DNA of 64,000 nucleotides from the human T2T-CHM13v2.0 reference genome, Homo sapiens, in NCBI RefSeq assembly GCF_009914755.1, contig NC_060944.1, one strand, 5' to 3'. The position numbers were made by a program, and so were the translations under genes. How positions within the stretch are numbered: position 1 is the stretch's first letter; each line of letters begins with the position of its first letter. This document shows positions 16,219-36,974 of the stretch, piece after piece. The notes under the pieces were generated by a model. The model searched no databases, had not been told where the DNA came from, and worked only from the letters and a program-made list of their open reading frames with translations.

Positions 16219-16589
16219 TGTATTAGTCTGTTCTCGTATTGCTATAAAGAACTACCTGAGACTGGGTGATTTATGAAGAAGAGAGGTTTAGTTGACTCTC
16301 AGTTCCCAGGCTTGGCAGGAAGCATGACTGGGAGGCCTCAGGAAACTACAATAAGGGCAGAAGGCGAAGGGGAAGTAGGCACAGTCTTCACGTGGTGGAG
16401 CAGGAGAGACTGAGAGAGCAAAGGGGGAAGTGCCACACACTTCTAAACCATCAGATGTCATGAGAACTCACTCACTATCATGAGAACAGCAAGGGGGAAA
16501 TCACCCCATGATTCAGTCACCTCCCACCAGCCCCCTCCTCAATTAGACATGAGATTTGGTGGGGGGGGACACAAATCCAAACCACATCA
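16219..16589 (-). mobile_element. THE1 (THE1C/D-like) MaLR solo LTR
   Basis: TGTATTAGTCTGTTCTC...CAAACCACATCA with 5-bp TSD GTTGC. Confidence 0.9.
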
Positions 16590-16594
16590 GTTGC

Positions 16595-19550
<2,956 letters not shown>

Positions 19551-20324
19551 TACAGTAATTGCTTGTTGAGTGACCCTCATGGTTGACTTGATGTTGTGCC
19601 TGGCACTTTGTCTGTACCTGAAGCACTCTAAAATTGTACCATTACAATGACTTGGGGGAGCCAAGCCCTACTTGTCTTTTCAGAACACATATCTTATGCT
19701 TGTGTTGTGTTGCATTCAGTCAAAAGCCTGTATTTGATGGCTAGGCAGGTCTCACTTAAAAGAATAACAAGAAAGCAGAAAAGAAAAAAAAAAAAGAATT
19801 GAAAGCTCTTCTTCATTGTTCCATAGGTTCAGAAAAGCACAAAAACTCTGGGCAGCTCTCTAGTGGGATTTTCTTTTCCTCCCTAGTGTGAATATTCTTA
19901 AGAGCCAGGAGGCTTAACAAACTCTGGGTTCTTATGGGAGCAAATATGGGTATATCAGACAACATTTTCACAATTCCCAGCCATCTTTTTTTTTTTTTTA
20001 CATATTTTTATCTCAAGTAAAAGGTCTTGTTGTCCATTATCAATACAGAGCTTCCTTCCTTTAAAATATTCATCTCTAAGGGTAGGCTTTTGGTTTTGAT
20101 TTTGTTAAGGAAAGGGCTGTGGCATGCCCTCTGCCCACATGACCTTCCTCATCTGCCTGAGACGTCATCCTTCAGGTCCAGCCAACATTTTCCTCCTCCT
20201 TTGAAGCCTTCCCTAACTGCTCCTGCCCAGCGTCCTCACCCTCCTCTGAAGTCCTAACTGCTCTATCTGAACCATGTAATTTTATACTGTTTTGCTATCT
20301 CTCCTGCAAGGGCATTTGAACTCT

Positions 20325-20622
20325 TTTTTTCCCTTTTTTTTTTTTTTTTTTTTGAGACAAGGTCTTGCTCTGTCACCCAGACTAGAGTGCAGTAGCACAA
20401 TCATGGCTCACTGCAGCCTTGACCTCCTGGGCTCAAGCGACCTTCCTGCCTCAGCCTCCTGTGTAGCTGAGATTACAGGCATATGCCACCACTGCCTATA
20501 TAATTTTTTTTTTTCATAGATATGAGGATCTCACTTTGTTGCCCAGGCTTGTCTCTCATTCCTAGGCTCAAGCAATCTTCTCGAAGTGCTGGGATCACAG
20601 GCGTGAGCCACCACACCCAACC
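20325..20622 (-). mobile_element. Alu SINE (AluJ)
   Basis: Antisense dimer with small deletion. Confidence 0.9.
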
Positions 20623-20910
20623 TCATTTAACCCTTGCTTAGTGTTTTAGTTAATTCCATTTAGAATAAAACCCAAAATCTTTTCATGCTTTACAAGGACC
20701 TTTATAATCCTGCTACCTTCCAAACTCCCTACTCCTCCCTTCCTCCCTCCCTTGGCCTCAGCCACACTGCCCGTTCCGGTCCTTCAGATGCCAAACACAC
20801 TTCTGAATCCCTAGTAGCTAGAACACTCAATGAATGTCTATTGAATTAATTAATTAATTTAAATAAAGTTTATTATCTCGCCATAAAAAATGAAGTCTGT
20901 GCTTATTTTA

Positions 20911-21258
<348 letters not shown>

Positions 21259-21488
21259 GCCCTATATAATTCCACATTTGAGAGGCAAAACATAATTTAT
21301 ACCTTTTAAGAAATATTTCTTTCCAGTCGTTTTATTATTTATGGCATTTTGGTTGGTTTGTTTTAATATGGTGTGTTCACAATGTATTTTATGCAGAATT
21401 TGACCTTTTTATGTGTGTATGCCTTGTTTTTCCTGTTATGTTTATTTATTTATACTGCTCGTTATTCAAAAATAATTTGAGGCCCTAT

Positions 21489-22117
21489 TGTCAGAGGCAT
21501 TTGAACCAGAATGACTCCATCTTGAATCGGGGCTGGGTAAAATAAGGTTGAGCCCTATTGAGCCGCATTCCCAGGAAGTTAGGCATTCTAAATCACGGAA
21601 TGAGATAGGAGGTTGGCACAAGATACAGGTGACAAAGACCTTGCTGATACAACAAGTTGCAGTAAAAAAGCCAGCCAAAACCCACTGAAACCAAGATGGC
21701 CACAAAAGTGACCTCCAGTCATTCTTATTCTCCGTTCTATGCTAATTATAATGCATTAGCATGCTAAAAGACACGCCCACCTGCACCATGATAGTTTACA
21801 AATGCTATGGCAACATCAGGAAGTTATCCTATATGGTCTAAAAAGGGGGAGGAGCCCTCAGTTCTGGGAATTGCCCACCCCTTTCCTGGAAAATTCATGA
21901 ATAATCCACCCTTTGTTTTGCATATGATCCATAAATAACTATAAGCAGTCGAGCAGCCCACGCTGCTGCCCTGCGTATGGAGTAGCCATTGTTTATTCCT
22001 TCACTTTCTTAATAAACTTGCCTTCACTTTACTCTATGGACTGGCCCCGAATTCTCTCTTGCACGAGGTCCAAGAACCCTCTCTTGGGGTCTGGATCAAG
22101 ACCGCTTTCTGGTAACA
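21489..22117 (+). mobile_element. MER41 (MER41B-like) ERV1 solo LTR
   Basis: TGTCAGAGGCATTTGAACCAG...CTTTCTGGTAACA, 629 bp, 4-bp TSD CTAT. Confidence 0.92.
21862..21891. promoter_or_regulatory. Tandem GAS (STAT1) sites within MER41
   Basis: TTCTGGGAA (21862-21870) and TTCCTGGAA (21883-21891), both TTCN3GAA. Confidence 0.65.
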
Positions 22118-22679
22118 CTATGAGATATAGAAGTACATACAGTATTTCTTTCTGTTGCCTGCAGCATGCAATCCTGTGCTTTGTTCCTACCAAGTGTTTA
22201 TGGAGTGAACAGGGAATTGAGTCTGGGGAAGCTTGTTTTCCAGTGGAGGGCAGGTGGATGTGTGATTTTGTCTGACTTTTGGAAGTAGCCAGGACCTCCC
22301 ACTGTTACCATGGTGTATCTTTGGAACTGAGTTCTGTCTCTGGTCATTTATTTGTTCCCATCTGTCTTTGTCTCTCCTTTCTGGAGGGGAACATGTCCGA
22401 AGGCCTGGTCTACAGTGATCTCCCTCTAAACGAGAACAGACTCATTCCATCCTGCAGATGTGTATTACTCAAAGTGCTGTTTGCATGCAAAGAATGCTAA
22501 GTCCTAGCCCAGCAACTGGAACGTATCAACTTCTTCTCTCCCATCCCCTAGAGGCATGGCCCAAACTGCTGTAACCCTTCACCCTTCCAAGCTCTAGTAC
22601 CCTCTGGCTTGGAGGTTGCAAAAAGGATGGCATGCATAGGTTTCTTATAAGCCAGGGCCCTAAAATTGTGCTTGTGGTG

Positions 22680-23390
22680 ACTGGTGTAAGTGATTATACC
22701 ACATTTCCTCCTGCCACAGGGTCATTATACAAGTTGTTCCCTTCACTAATACATTTCAAGCTCTCACACACATACACATACCTACTCCCCCATCAGATCT
22801 CAGCTCTGATGTGGCATCTTCAGGGAAATGTTCCCCAAACCCTGCATTTCATCATGTGACCTATTAAATAGTCTCAAAGGAAAGCACTGTATATCCTTCT
22901 TCCTTGCACTCATCACAGTTTATAAGTATACATTGTTGTATGTCTTGTTCTCCCATAAGACTGTAAGCTCAATGACAGGAGGGACTATATCTACTTTTTT
23001 TTTTTTTTTTTTGAGACAGAGTCTCGCTGTCAGGCTGGAGTGCAGTAGTATGATCTCGGCTCACTGCAACCTCTGCCTCCTGGGTTCAAGCGATTCCCCT
23101 GCCTTTCTCAGCCTCAGTCCCTCAGTAGCTGGGACTACAGGTGTAAGCTACCATACCCGGCTAATTTTTGCGTTTTTATTACAGATGGGGTTTCACCATG
23201 TCGTCCAGGCTGGTCTTGAACTCCTGACCTCAGGTGATCCACTCGCCTCAACCTCTCAAAGTGCTGGGATTACAGGCGTCAGCCATTGCACCCGACCATA
23301 CCTAGTTTTGTTCACAGTGTCTCCAGTGCTTACCCCAATGACTAGAGCATGGCAGCGCTCAGTTAACGTCTTTTGAATAAATGAATGAAG
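22680..23390 (+). mobile_element. L2 3' fragment containing an Alu
   Basis: AGACTGTAAGCTC...TTTTGAATAAATGAATGAA terminus. Confidence 0.7.
22994..23297 (-). mobile_element. Alu SINE (AluS)
   Basis: Antisense dimer. Confidence 0.95.
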
Positions 23391-23399
23391 AATGGACAT

Positions 23400-23650
23400 T
23401 TGGATTGAGGCAGTGAAGAGTACTAGTTAAGAGAGTGAGATTTGGAGCCAGATATTCGGAGTGCAAACCCAGACGCATGACCTTGGATAGTATCATTACC
23501 TCTCTCCACCACTGGTTCTCTGCCTATAACATGGAAATAACAATACCGCCTATTTCATAGCGCTATTGTGAAGATCAAGTGAGGGACTCTGTGTAAAGAG
23601 CTTCAATCAAAGCCACAGTAAGTCCTCAACATAGATTAACTATTATTTTC
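23400..23650 (+). mobile_element. MIR
   Basis: TTTGGAGCCAGA...TGACCTTGG...ATGGAAATAACAATACC. Confidence 0.7.
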
Positions 23651-23939
23651 TACTCTTTTGGCCAATAGAAATATTACTGTAGTAAATATTATTTTACATA
23701 TTTTGATCCACTTTTTATGAGTGTTCAGTAGATGAAATTCCTGTAAGTTGAATTGTCGCATCAGAAGGTTAATTTATTTGGAATTAATTTTTGTGTCTAG
23801 AGTGAGGGAGAGTTCATATTTAACTCTAATTACAGAAAAAAATATATTTAAAAAAATAGAGTGAGAGAGAGGTTTAATTTTTCACTTTTCCCAATGGAGA
23901 GGTATGGGAGGCCAAGACCTCTGTTAGTTCATTAAATAT

Positions 23940-24079
23940 TTATTTTTATTTATTTATCTTTTAAAGACAGGGTCTCACTATGTTTCTCACACTAGTCTTG
24001 AACTCCTGGGCTCAAGCAATCCTCCCTCGTCAGCCTCCCAAAGTACTGGGATTACAGGCGTAAGCCACCACACCTGGGC
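23940..24079 (-). mobile_element. FLAM/Alu monomer
   Basis: Single antisense arm. Confidence 0.85.
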
Positions 24080-25503
24080 ACCCCTGTTAGTTTCTGAGTC
24101 TGCAGAATTAAGACACTTAACATGTAGTTAGTGGTGGCAAGCACTTACTTAGCTCCTTAAAGGGAAGATGTCACAGCTCCCTAAGGCCCACATATTGCTC
24201 ATTCTCACCGAGATGGCAGAGCTTAGACAGCCAGGACTGAATTAGAGGAGTCTGCTGTATCTCCCCTGCTTTCAAACCCAGGATTATGGGGAGTCATATC
24301 ATTAATACAATAGTTTCCAGCTCTGCCTCACATGACAGTGTCACTATTCCATAACCGCCCTGTGATCTACACTTGATTTCTAGATGTCTTGATGTCTGGA
24401 TCCTTGTTAACAGATTTTTACCTGTGCTATAAGCCTAGAGCTTTTCAATTTAATATAAGGGCTTTCCATGCAATAAAGATTTCCAGCTTGGGGCCTCTTC
24501 AGTAGCAGGCCAGGCCATGGCCTCTTATGCTAGCTAGTTACCCCAATACCATTTACAAATTTCTCATAAATACAAGGGCCTATTTCTGGTCTCTATTCTG
24601 TTCCTCTAATTCTGTAGAAGATCTTTCTTCATTTCATTCTCACTGTTTTTGTTTTCCAAAAAACCCTTGGCTATAGTCTCATTCAAGAAAACTGGAGAAT
24701 TAATTTGTCCAAATTGTGCCCTCAACCCCTGCAAACATGCTTGTCTACATGCGTGTGCATGCATGCCCACACACGCTCACACACACAACACTCTCGCACA
24801 CTCATTTTTCCACTAGAATTTTCACTGGAATTATATTGAACCTTTGGGATAGTTTGGAGAAGATTGATTTCTTTTCAGTACCAAATTTCCCATAGAACAT
24901 GGAATATCGTTCCTTTTATTCAGGCCTTCTGTTTTATGTCCTTCAGTAAAATTTTATAGTTCCCGTATGTAGGTCTCATGCATTTGGTATTCTTTGTTGC
25001 CATTGTCAGTAGGGCCTTATTTATTATATTTTTTCAGTTGGTTATTACTGAATATAGGAACACCATTTTTTACTTTTGCTACTTACTCATAGGAAGAGGT
25101 GAACTGAGAACATTTGAGACAGATGGCTAAGCTGATTTTAGCTGCCATGTTACAGGCAGAGTGCTAAATCAGATCCTATAAACAACTCCTAGGCAGGGAT
25201 TAGAATGACCTATGGGTTGTTCACAGGGCGTGAAGTAGGCACAATGGGCCAATAACACCTTTACCTGGTGTGATTGCTAAATAGCACCGGATACAGATTT
25301 AGCTTTTAACTTATAAATATTATTCCTGAACAATCCAGATTGGTTTGCAGAATAATTAATTTATAGCAGCCTAGGCAAGGTGGTATTGAAGCATCTTTTT
25401 AGATGATCCACTTTTATCTGTTTTAGAAGGTTTGGATTTTCTTAGAGTGCCTTCCTTACAGCACGTATGACCAGTTTCATGCTGCTACTAGCCTAGGGCT
25501 TGA

Positions 25504-26660
<1,157 letters not shown>

Positions 26661-26679
26661 AACTTACTGTTTCTTGACT

Positions 26680-27138
<459 letters not shown>

Positions 27139-27467
27139 TAAACAGAATCTCAGGAGGAAAAAAGAATCTAGAATGTGTGCAGCATATGTCCAAAAAAGAA
27201 AATTGGTTGTTTAGATATCTCAATCAATCATACACCCTTGTCACAGGCATTACAAAACTCAAACTAAATCAGGAAACAATTTTTTTGACTGGAAGCCCTC
27301 ATTTATCACTAACTCTTAGTGATTCACTTGAAGAAAAATTAAGGTGTCCTATTTGACATGAAAATGCTGCCTGTAGTCTTGTTAAGTTCTGTATGAGCAT
27401 ATGCTGATTGACTTAAGATGGCAGTGTTAAGAATGGATGGGTAAGAAGGAAGTATAGTGTGTACTTA

Positions 27468-27781
<314 letters not shown>

Positions 27782-29327
27782 CTAAGGGTACAAGTGCCAA
27801 CAGAGCTCAGGTTACTCAGAGAATTATCTATAAGGAGATAAGAAAAGAGAAAATACATAGCAAGTTATCAAAGATAAGAGAAAGAAATGGAAGAAAAAGC
27901 CAATGCTTTTGTCAATGTGAGGGCCTCTAAAACCTGAGCTTCAGAGATTAAAGAGAACTGGAGGCTCAGAAAGGCTTAGCTGTGGCAAGTGGTATAATAA
28001 ACTGGCTCCCCTGTATTCAGTGCTTGCTGTATGTAAGGCATGAGGCCAAGTGTGGCACATAAATTCTTGCATTTATTCCTCATAGCCCCCTATTTCATAG
28101 GTGAGGAAAACAAAGTTCAGAGACATTATGTGGCTTTCCGAAGTCCACAGGTGGTATTTGAAACCGAGTCTTTCTGGATTTTAATGACTCAGAACTAAGG
28201 GTGTTTCTGCAAAGTAATGGAATATAGCAGGACTATTCTAGTCTGAGTATAAATAGAATAAGAAGAAAGTAGAGATTTCTTAGTAAACTGCCAAGAGAAA
28301 GACCCAGATTACAGGCAACGTTAGACTCAGATAACTATATGAGAGAATTAAGACTAAGGGTTCTCTAAGAAAAGGCTAGGACTTACAAAGACTTAGATGG
28401 TCTCTATAATTATATGGGAAAACCAATGACCGACTTATCCATGCACGCATGAAACTGTGTGTGAGTAGCATTCTCGCCGTACCCTTCATAGCCCAATAAG
28501 CTCTCCCATCTGGAGCTGAGTAGGGCTGTTACTTTCAAGACTGGCGTTGTTATATTTTCCTGGGAGGAGTGAGGCATTGTCAGAGAGACTAAAAAGGAAA
28601 AGATGACACGACTCCTGTCAAAGCTCTAGGAAGGAGGTCAGTCCCTTGGGTGACGGAGGTGGACAATGAAAGGCTTGCGAGGCCTTGTCTTTTACTCCAG
28701 CTGGTGATATGGCCTTACAAGTTGTGGCTGCAACGAACATTCTGACTTATAACACAAAAAGGCCATCCAACCCCCACGTTTCTCAAAGAAGCATCACCAC
28801 TAAGTGATGCTTTGGCAGTTTTCAGAGTAGAGCCAGCATAAGGAACCATTGCTTGTCCTAGTAGCTCCTCCCTGAGACACGCCTTTATGACTGAGACCTC
28901 CTGGAGCCAGGGCCTGGCTGGGAGAATGAGCAGTTTCCTGAACTGGACAGCTTGGGGATTATAAAGATCAAAAGTCCTGGGTGCATCACCCTTCATTCAT
29001 CACATGTTAATAGGGGCTAGTTTGGACTCTGGCCAGGGGTGGAAAATTCTTCCTGCACCTCCTTTTACAGGCTTTGTGTCAATCAGCCTTTGTTTCCTCG
29101 GTTGGGATTTGTCTCAGGAGAATCCCAAACCATTCCAATATGGAACAATCACAAAGGCATGGACTGTCAGAATTAATAGGCACTTAGAGGACCATGCAGT
29201 CATCACCAAGCATTTTGCCAAAGCTTGGAAGTGAGCAGCTTGGTTTGAGGCATGCTACAGAGTCAGTAAGGCCCATGTTATGGGACAGGCATAGCCGCAG
29301 GAGCACCCCTTGCTTGCACCACACCTA

Positions 29328-29731
<404 letters not shown>

Positions 29732-29778
29732 TAGATTTTGAGTGTATCTCCCACCTCAGCCCCACCTGAAGGAAGACG

Positions 29779-30651
<873 letters not shown>

Positions 30652-30814
30652 GAAAGGTAATCTCATTTCATTCTTCATTGTTAGAACTTAGTAAATTGCC
30701 ATCAATAAGGTAAATGGAATTGTTTATGATCAAAAACCTTACACTCACTTTTCTAATAGGTCACCTCTATCTGAATGTCCTAAGATACTTCAAACCTAGC
30801 ATGTCCAACACTGA

Positions 30815-31372
<558 letters not shown>

Positions 31373-31391
31373 AGTAATGGGTCTTTCTCTA

Positions 31392-31817
31392 TATAATTGG
31401 TCTCTGTATCTGCAAGTTCCACACCACACCCACAGATTCAACCAATTTTGGATCAAAAATCTTTGAAAAATAAAACACAATCAAAAATAACAATATATCT
31501 ATGTTGGGTTAAGATAAAAAATTATTTTTAATAGAAAAGTATTTTTTAAAAAAGAAAATTAAATAACAATACAATTAAAAATTATACAAATTTTAAAAAT
31601 ATAGTATAGCAACTATTTACATAGTTTACATTGTATTAAGAATTATATGTGAACTAGAGATGATTTAAAATGCAGGAGAGGCTGTGTGTAGATTGTATGC
31701 AAATCCCATGCCATTTTATACAAGGGACTTGAGCATCCATGGATTTTGATACCCATAGGGGTCCTGGAACCAATTCCTCCCTTCACCCGCTCTCTGCACA
31801 TACCAAGGGACAACTAG
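31392..31817. mobile_element. MER2-like TcMar-Tigger DNA transposon
   Basis: GATTCAACCAA...GGGACTTGAGCATCCATGGATTTTG...GGGTCCTGGAACCAAT...ACCAAGGGACAACT. Confidence 0.8.
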
Positions 31818-31914
31818 AATCACTCTTTTTTCCCCACTCATCATCTATGCTGTACTGCTAGCAGTTTTTTTCTCAGTTTTCCTTTTTCTTAAAAACTACT
31901 TTTTAACTTTCTGA

Positions 31915-32281
<367 letters not shown>

Positions 32282-32329
32282 TAGAAATCCAAACAGTACT
32301 GAAAGATATGCAATAAAAAGTAAGTTCTC

Positions 32330-32620
32330 AGCTGGGAGTGGTGGCTCACGCCTGTAATCACAGCACTTCGGGGGGCTAAGGGGGGCGGATCACCTGACAT
32401 CAGGAGTTTGAGACTAGCCTGGTCAACATGACAAAACTCCATCTCTACTAAAAATACAAAAATTAGCTGAGTGTGGTGGTGGGTGCCTGTAGTCCAAGTT
32501 ACTCAGGAGGCTGAGGCACGAGAATCACTTGAACCCGAGAGGTTCTATGAGACCAGATCGCTACACTGCACTCCAGCCTGGGTAGCAAAGTGAGACTCCG
32601 TCTCAAAAACAACAAAAAAT
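32330..32620 (+). mobile_element. Alu SINE (AluS)
   Basis: Dimer; TSD ending GTAAGTTCTC. Confidence 0.93.
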
Positions 32621-33494
32621 GTAAGTTCTCTCGTGGTTCCCTTCCCCAGAGATCCTTACTGTTGACATTTGTTGTCTCTCCTTCTACAAGTTTTCTCTGC
32701 CTGTAAAAGCATATCCTTAAAACATACATGCTTTCCACACCTCACACACAAGTGGGAATCCACTGTACACACTGGTCTGCACTCGGCTCTTTTCATTGAC
32801 TATGTTACCTTAGAGAGCTTTTCTCATCTGTAAATGCTGGTCTCTCATTCTGTTAGAGCACTGTAGTATTCCAGTGGATGAACGTAATTTATTTAACCAG
32901 TTTTCTCTTGATGGATATTTAAGTTATTCCTAGGTTCCTGCTATTCTGAAGAGTCACCTTTTGAAAACGCAAATGTGCTGGGTCCGTCCCTGGCTCAGGC
33001 ATCTTAAATGACTTCCTGCTGTTTACAGCTAGGCCTCCAGCTGGGGAGTCATGGATGCAAGCAGGTTGCCAGGGATACCCGAGGCCTCAAGAGAAATAAT
33101 GGCATGTGTTCCTGGAGTTCTATGTAAAAATGTTAATTGAACTGCTAAGTGGTTAAAATGTTTTATATGGAGTCAACACAATTCTATTATGGTGTCAAAT
33201 ATAGAATTCTCATGCATTTTTCAGATGGTGGTGGGAGACTTCAAAAGAAATTTGTGGAGGTTTTTTCAAGCTACACTTCCAGATTCCCCTAAAGGCTCAT
33301 GTTTTCCTTTCTTGCCTGAAGGACATCAGTGGAAAGATCTGAGCACCCAAGTCCACAGGATACAGCCAGAGCCTACTGGCATAGATTTGAGAGTCCACGT
33401 TTGATGCACGTAGAACTACTTGCTATTTTTCCTATTCCCTTTGCCTGGAAGGTTTCTGTCCTTTTCCATCTGGTATACTTACTACTCATCCCAA

Positions 33495-33780
33495 AAGGCA
33501 GTAAGTACAGCCTACTGCTGAAAAGTATGGACTTTGGAGCCAGACTGCCTGGGTTTGAATCCTGACCATGTCATATTTCTAGCTGTGTGATCTCGGGCAA
33601 GTTACTTAGCCTCTCTGAGACTCAATGATCTCATTGTAAAATGTAGGTACTGAAAGTAACTGGTAAGACTGTTATGAGGTATAAGTGGGTTAATATACGT
33701 AAAGTGCTTAGAACAGTGTTTGGTACGTGGTTAGCACTTGATGAAGGTATTGTTGTTAATGTTATTATTTTTATTACTCA
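33495..33780 (+). mobile_element. MIR (near full length)
   Basis: ACTTTGGAGCCAGACTGCCTGGGTTTGAATCC...GGGCAAGTTACTTAGCCTCTCTG...GTAAAGTGCTTAGAACAGTG. Confidence 0.9.
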
Positions 33781-35908
33781 AGGTCTAGTTTCCATGATTC
33801 TCCCAGGTACCTTCTTCTGCCTTCCCATAACATCTGCTTACAGTACTCAGCACAATATTCTGTACTTTCTCCTCCCCTTTAGGGACGTGCTCTTTTGCAG
33901 AGAGGACCCTGTCTTATTTATCCTCATATCCCTTGTGTGGGATGCATACTAGACAATCAGTTGCTGTTGAATAGGTGTTAACTGAATGAGATAATAATTA
34001 TAATAATAACATAATTATTATAATAATAATCTGAATTATTATATCTGTCTGTCTATTTGATTATGCAGTGACCAGTGATTTTTGGCCCTAAAGGGGCTTT
34101 TCACAGACCCCAACATGGTTTGTAAATAAAAACTTCACTGTAGAAACCATTCACACTAAACCAGTGCTTCTCAAACTGCGTTCATGCAGTTTATGGGCAT
34201 TTTCCGAACACAGGTTCCCTAGGTTTGGGAAATTCTAGGTTACATAAAAGTAAACAGATATCTTAGAGCCTTTTCTAGGCTCATGTCCATAGAGGAATGA
34301 GTGGAACGTGGGATTCGGTTAGTAAATTTCTTAATCTTTTTTGACCAGAGCACTTTTTTTTTTTTTTTTTTCGCGGAAGGTGAAAACATCTAGTGGGTTA
34401 ATTCTATGGAATATAGTTGTTGATAACTTGCAGGAACTTAGCTCCATTCTCTCTTCCAGCTGATTTGCCTAGAGCCTGGGAGTGTCACTGACGTGCCATT
34501 TCCTGCCCTGACAGCATCTCCGCTTCCGTCCTGAAACCTTTATCAAGAAACAACTGTGCAGCTCACGAATCCATTCAGTCAAGATGTATTGAGTTTCTGC
34601 TATGTGTACTGACTGCGGGGAAAACAGGATTCTTGTCCTCGAGGAACTAGCTGGGGACTCGGGACAGAGTCAAACACATGCAACCTGAGGCCTGGTATGT
34701 TAGATGGGCAGAGAGCCGGGACACTGCTGGCTGCGCAGGGAGATGGGGGCTGGAACGTTTTTGAGGAGGATGAGGCTTTGATTTCTCTGGTCCAATCCTC
34801 TCAGTGTCAAGGTGGGTAGGTGGGGAGATTAAAGTCTAGAGAGTGGTAGGTGTTTTGTTTTGTTTTGTGAGCTCAAACAGGTAGTCAGGGGCAGACTGGG
34901 AACAATATTGTATTTTCCCATTGCATCACCTGCCTCTGAGGCTCAAGTATCAAAATCAGAGAATCCGTTCACACAAAAAGACGAAACCAGGGAACACTTC
35001 CTTCCTTGTAGCTGCCTGTGGGTCCCTGAACTTGTTGAAGGCCATTCTGGGTTGGATATCTTTTCCGCTTCCATTTTCCTATCAATGACTCAAGACCATG
35101 TCTTATTTTTATACACATTTGTTTTCTCATAGCTTCCTTCTCTAATCATTTCTTGGCGAAGATGTTTGTGGCTTACAACATGCTGCAGTCAAAGCAGGGC
35201 ACACTTTGGAAGCCAGAGGGCGAGGTTCGGCTGGCTGCGGTTTGCCAGTCTGGTAATTGCCAGTGGGAGGAAAGTGACACAGCGAGAGCAGGGCCTTCAG
35301 AATGCCAAAGAGTTTGCGGTACTGCGGTCCCTGGTGTTCTGTGCAGATACTAAGCTAACAGGAATGTAATACAAGCACAGCAGATTGGAATGAAATAGGC
35401 CACCCACTCTCACTCCAGGCTCCTCAGTAGCTGCCCTGCCTGCTCATCCGGGGGCCCAAGGCTCACTCGGTGCCAAGGAACTAGCGTCAACTCCCCAAGA
35501 ACAGCACTGCTCACTTCCCCCAGCAATTCTTCCCTGCTTTCAGAATGAAATCCACATCCATCCTCTGAGCCTCCCTGGTCTTCTGTCCCTATCACAACGT
35601 CTCTTCTGACCTCCCTATCTGCTCCGCCTGCTTTGTCAAGAACATGCCCCCAGCTTTCCCTGTCTTGAGCGTTTCCTGACACTGTCTTCTGCCTCTGTTT
35701 GTTGAAATCCCAAGACTTTTTCAAGGCCCATGAGCCATTCACAATTGTGTTCAGCTGCATATAAGAGAAGTGCTGCTATTTGGCTGAACCAAAGAGGGAT
35801 TCTTTTATTTCATGCAACAAGAAGTGTGGGGACAGGCAGTCTAGGGCTGGGGTGGCAGCTCAGGAATGATTCCATCCAGGAACCAGGTTCTTTCCATGTG
35901 CTCACTCC

Positions 35909-35976
<68 letters not shown>

Positions 35977-36030
35977 TCCTTCCTTCCTTCCTTCTTTCCC
36001 CCCTCTCTCCCTCCCTCCCTCCCTTCCTCT
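35909..36030. repeat. (TTTC)n/(TCCC)n microsatellite derived from an Alu tail
   Basis: About 16 TTTC units followed by TTCC/TCCC. Confidence 0.95.
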
Positions 36031-36387
36031 TGAGACAGTGGTCTCATTCTGTCACCCAGGCTGGTGTGTAGTGGCACAATCACGACTCATTGTAGCCTCG
36101 TCCTTCTGGGCTCCAGCAATCCTCCCACCTCAGCCTCCTCAGTAGCTAGAACTACAGGCTCACTGCACCCTCTGCCTCCCAGGTTCAAGCGATTCTCCTG
36201 CCTCAGCCTCCCGAGTAGCTGGGACTACAAGAACCCACCACCATGCCCGGCTAATTTTTGTATTTTTAGTAGAGATGGGATTTCACCATGTTGGTCAGGC
36301 TGGTCTCAAACTTCTGACCTCAGGTGATCCACCTGCCTTAGCCTTCCAAAGTGCTGAGATTATAGGCCTAAGCCACCACTCCCAGCC
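36030..36387 (-). mobile_element. Chimeric Alu (J-type right arm joined to an S-type element)
   Basis: Right-arm sequence appears twice; junction ACTACAGGCTCACTGCA at ~36156. Confidence 0.8.
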
Positions 36388-36974
36388 TCCACAGGTATGT
36401 TTTGATTTAAACTGAATTGAATTAAATGGGAGAATGATGGTATGGCTATCGGAAAGGGTGTTGGATGTAGAATTACAAAACATGAATTTGAATCCTGATA
36501 TGACCACGTGACTTTGTGTGAATCACACGGACCTCAGTTTCTTCATCTATAAAATTAGGAGACTCAATGAAATGGTCTCAAAATTTTCTTCCAGCTTTAA
36601 GAACTTGAGGACTCTTATGAATGGAATCAATTAGCTGCATTAGGGAATTCCAAGGAGGTGGAGCCCATTCAGGCCCAATGACAGCCAGTAAAACAGGGAA
36701 TGGAGAAATCCGGGCACTTCTCACTCAATCCTATAGTTTATGGGCCCAAGACAAGCCTAGAGGGGCAGAAAGGTGAGAGCTGGAAAGTAACAGGGAACTG
36801 GGCCAGACCAGCATGGATCAGGAGGCTGGAGATGAGAGGTCAGTCCTGGTGTAAATAAACAAGTGCTATTTTAAGAGGTCGCCTTTCAGGAAGCAGGAAC
36901 CCTCCACTGCCCAGACATTGAAGCCCTACTGAACCTCACCTCCTAATGACAAGAGAAGGCCTCTCATTATGACT

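Noticed and set aside
27330-27400. LEEKLRCPI resembling the start of a TRIM RING finger
   Set aside because: Immediately followed by a stop, with none of the remaining Cys/His spacing
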